NCBI RefSeq assembly: GCF_003334255.1
Contig: NZ_QOWU01000218.1
DNA from: Escherichia coli
Lineage (GTDB): Bacteria; Pseudomonadota; Gammaproteobacteria; Enterobacterales; Enterobacteriaceae
DNA length: 593 bases
Direction: 5' to 3' (one strand)
Shown here: positions 1-593 of the stretch, piece by piece
How positions within the stretch are numbered: the stretch's first letter is position 1
How the letters are laid out: the number at the start of each line of letters is the position of its first letter
The notes under the pieces: model-generated
The model's input: the letters and a program-made list of their open reading frames with translations, nothing else
What the model was told of the DNA's origin: nothing
The model's database searches: none
Position numbers and translations under genes: made by a program

Positions 1-4
1 GCAT
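1..4 (-). CDS. Rz1: Start of embedded Rz1-type outer-membrane lipoprotein spanin (o-spanin); only the ATG at 4..2 and one further base are inside the window
   Basis: ATG at 4..2 on the minus strand is in the +1 frame of Rz, 220 nt downstream of the Rz ATG and inside the Rz codons for ELADA. This is the same offset and motif at which lambda Rz1 initiates. A GAGGG ribosome-binding site lies 9 nt upstream (18..14), and the +1 frame has a TAG stop at 10..8 immediately before it. The lipoprotein signal and lipobox cannot be seen because they lie beyond the window. Confidence 0.5.
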
Positions 5-224
5 CGGCTAATTCCCTCGAGTATTTTGCATCGAGCGCAGCAACATCGCGCTGGCGCACCTGCATATCAGTAATGGTGGCGTTTGCCAGCTCCAGCTCTC
101 TGGCTTTTTTATCGCGCTGCGCTTTGTAGGTGATGGCGTTATCGCGGTAATGGTCTGTTGCCAGCCACAGCGCACCACAGCCACCCGCCAGGACAATAAT
201 CACCACACACAGAACACGGCTCAT
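1..224 (-). CDS. Rz: Rz-type inner-membrane spanin (i-spanin), N-terminal 74 codons; partial, the 3' end of the gene runs past position 1
   Basis: Reverse-complement translation from ATG at 224..222 gives [74 protein letters not shown] with no stop to the window edge. It has an N-terminal hydrophobic signal-anchor segment followed by a charged segment that matches, from memory, the phage lambda Rz N-terminal region ([51 protein letters not shown]) nearly residue for residue. Not in the supplied ORF track because it is open-ended. Confidence 0.9.
   Translation of the reverse strand, partial: MSRVLCVVIIVLAGGCGALWLATDHYRDNAITYKAQRDKKARELELANATITDMQVRQRDVAALDAKYSRELAD
14..18 (-). promoter_or_regulatory. 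Shine-Dalgarno ribosome-binding site (GAGGG) for the embedded Rz1 start
   Basis: Plus-strand ccctc at 14..18 is GAGGG on the minus strand, 9 nt upstream of ATG 4..2. From memory, lambda has AAGGAG at the equivalent position upstream of Rz1. Confidence 0.4.
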
Positions 225-231
225 CTCTCTT

Positions 232-363
232 TCACCCCACCAGTCCCGATAACGTCAGGACTCGCCAGGCGGTGGAAAAGAAAATGGCAACCAGCATTAG
301 TGAAAATGAAATGCCGACAATTACACAGAGGATCTTCGCCAGCGTTATGAGTTTGTCTGACAT
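232..363 (-). CDS. Hypothetical 43-aa small membrane protein (one predicted transmembrane helix), translationally coupled to Rz
   Basis: ATG at 363..361 is preceded by AAGGGAGG (378..371) with a 7-nt spacer. Translation is [43 protein letters not shown], then TGA at 234..232, which is 7 nt before the Rz ATG. A hydrophobic stretch of about 22 residues ([24 protein letters not shown]) fits a single membrane helix. The track's longer version (start 453) begins with GTG directly after a stop, has a Gly/Cys-rich N-terminus and lacks a ribosome-binding site. Confidence 0.5.
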   Translation of the reverse strand: MSDKLITLAKILCVIVGISFSLMLVAIFFSTAWRVLTLSGLVG

Positions 364-370
364 GCTTAAT

Positions 371-378
371 CCTCCCTT
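371..378 (-). promoter_or_regulatory. Shine-Dalgarno ribosome-binding site (AAGGGAGG) for the 43-aa ORF; overlaps the TGA stop of the upstream ORF
   Basis: Plus-strand cctccctt at 371..378 is AAGGGAGG on the minus strand, a near-perfect complement to the 16S rRNA 3' end, 7 nt upstream of ATG 363..361. Confidence 0.6.
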
Positions 379-560
379 CACGATTTCAACGCAATGACCA
401 GTTTTGCCAGCCCATACAGCATCGGGGACACAGCAACACCGACCGCCACCCACTTAATGGCAAAAGCCAGTGCTCTGCTGATGTCATCAGTTACAGGCGC
501 TTTCAGTTCAAGGCCATTTTTCATAGTCAACCTCAACAGAATTCGTTTATACTTTTCCAT
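378..560 (-). CDS. Hypothetical small tail-anchored membrane protein (60 aa if ATG 560; 48 aa if ATG 524); 5' end unresolved because the frame is open to the window end at 593
   Basis: Frame translates MEKYKRILLRLTMKNGLELKAPVTDDISRALAFAIKWVAVGVAVSPMLYGLAKLVIALKS, then TGA at 380..378. ATG at 560..558 is preceded by AGGGAG (569..564, short 3-nt spacer); the alternative ATG at 524..522 is preceded by GAGG (534..531, 6-nt spacer). The N-terminal part is charged (K/R/E/D) and the C-terminal 25-30 residues are hydrophobic. The stop abuts the ribosome-binding site of the next ORF. Confidence 0.45.
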   Translation of the reverse strand: MEKYKRILLRLTMKNGLELKAPVTDDISRALAFAIKWVAVGVAVSPMLYGLAKLVIALKS

Positions 561-593
561 GTTCTCCCTTGCCTTATCCAAGGTCAGAAACAC

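Noticed and set aside
8-196. Minus-strand 62-aa ORF from the track ([14 protein letters not shown]...), entirely inside Rz in its +1 frame
   Set aside because: Its start is a TTG with no ribosome-binding site, and the product has no signal peptide or lipobox and is Arg/Trp/Thr-rich, as expected for an out-of-frame reading of a GC-rich gene. It ends at a TAG at 10..8 just before the ATG at 4..2 that matches the real Rz1 start, so it is the wrong part of that frame to be Rz1. The WQTP resemblance to the lambda Rz1 C-terminus is judged coincidental.
242-262. Short inverted repeat AGTCC...GGACT (5-bp stem, 11-nt loop) near the 3' end of the 43-aa ORF
   Set aside because: The stem is too short and weak, it has no following U-tract on the minus-strand transcript, and it sits inside coding sequence 10-30 nt before a translationally coupled downstream gene. 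It is not a plausible terminator.
150-350. Plus-strand 66-aa ORF ([19 protein letters not shown]...)
   Set aside because: It is antisense to Rz and to the 43-aa ORF, has no ribosome-binding site upstream of its ATG, and gives a low-complexity basic/polar product with no hydrophobic core. It is most likely a chance open frame.
232-453. Long 73-aa version of the ORF starting at GTG 453 (MGGGRCCCVPDAVWAGK...)
   Set aside because: The GTG directly follows a stop codon, has no ribosome-binding site, and overlaps the upstream ORF by 76 nt in another frame. The internal ATG at 363 with a near-perfect ribosome-binding site is a much better start, so the extra N-terminal 30 residues are treated as out-of-frame read-through of the upstream gene.
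478-490. Perfect 13-bp palindrome CTGATGTCATCAG (6-bp arms around a single central base)
   Set aside because: One 6-bp-arm palindrome in about 600 bases is close to chance expectation. It lies inside coding sequence (codons for TDDIS), and the 1-nt loop cannot form a hairpin. No second copy or half-site is present in the window to suggest an operator.
232-593. Possibility that the two small ORFs are one frameshifted holin-like gene with two transmembrane helices
   Set aside because: The clean TGA stop, the ribosome-binding site and the ATG at ideal spacing look like a genuine gene boundary rather than a frameshift scar. A fused product would also carry its charged region at the N-terminus, unlike typical holins. 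It cannot be fully excluded without related sequences.
1-593. Apparent GC-content step (about 55-58 percent across Rz, about 41 percent across 481..593)
   Set aside because: Hand counts in 60-nt blocks fluctuate (42, 48 and 58 percent within 301..480), so there is no clean boundary. The window is too short to call a compositional junction with any confidence.

Overview
All supportable coding content is on the minus strand and reads as a tightly packed, translationally coupled gene string running from position 593 down to position 1. (1) Minus 224..1 is the 5' part of a lambda-type Rz inner-membrane spanin: ATG at 224..222, 74 codons, open past the window start. Its translation is [74 protein letters not shown]. 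The provided ORF track missed it because it has no stop inside the window. (2) The embedded Rz1 outer-membrane spanin start codon sits at 4..2 in the +1 frame of Rz, at the position where lambda Rz1 starts, preceded by a GAGGG ribosome-binding site; the rest of Rz1 lies beyond the window. (3) Directly upstream of Rz, where lambdoid lysis cassettes normally carry an endolysin of about 150-180 aa, there are instead two very small predicted single-transmembrane proteins: a 43-aa ORF (363..232) with a near-consensus ribosome-binding site, and an ORF at 560..378 (or longer, since its frame is open to the window end) with a C-terminal transmembrane segment. No endolysin-sized ORF exists in the window. 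This is either an unusual lysis-module architecture or a decayed prophage that kept only the spanin genes; which one cannot be settled from 593 bases. The plus strand carries no credible gene.
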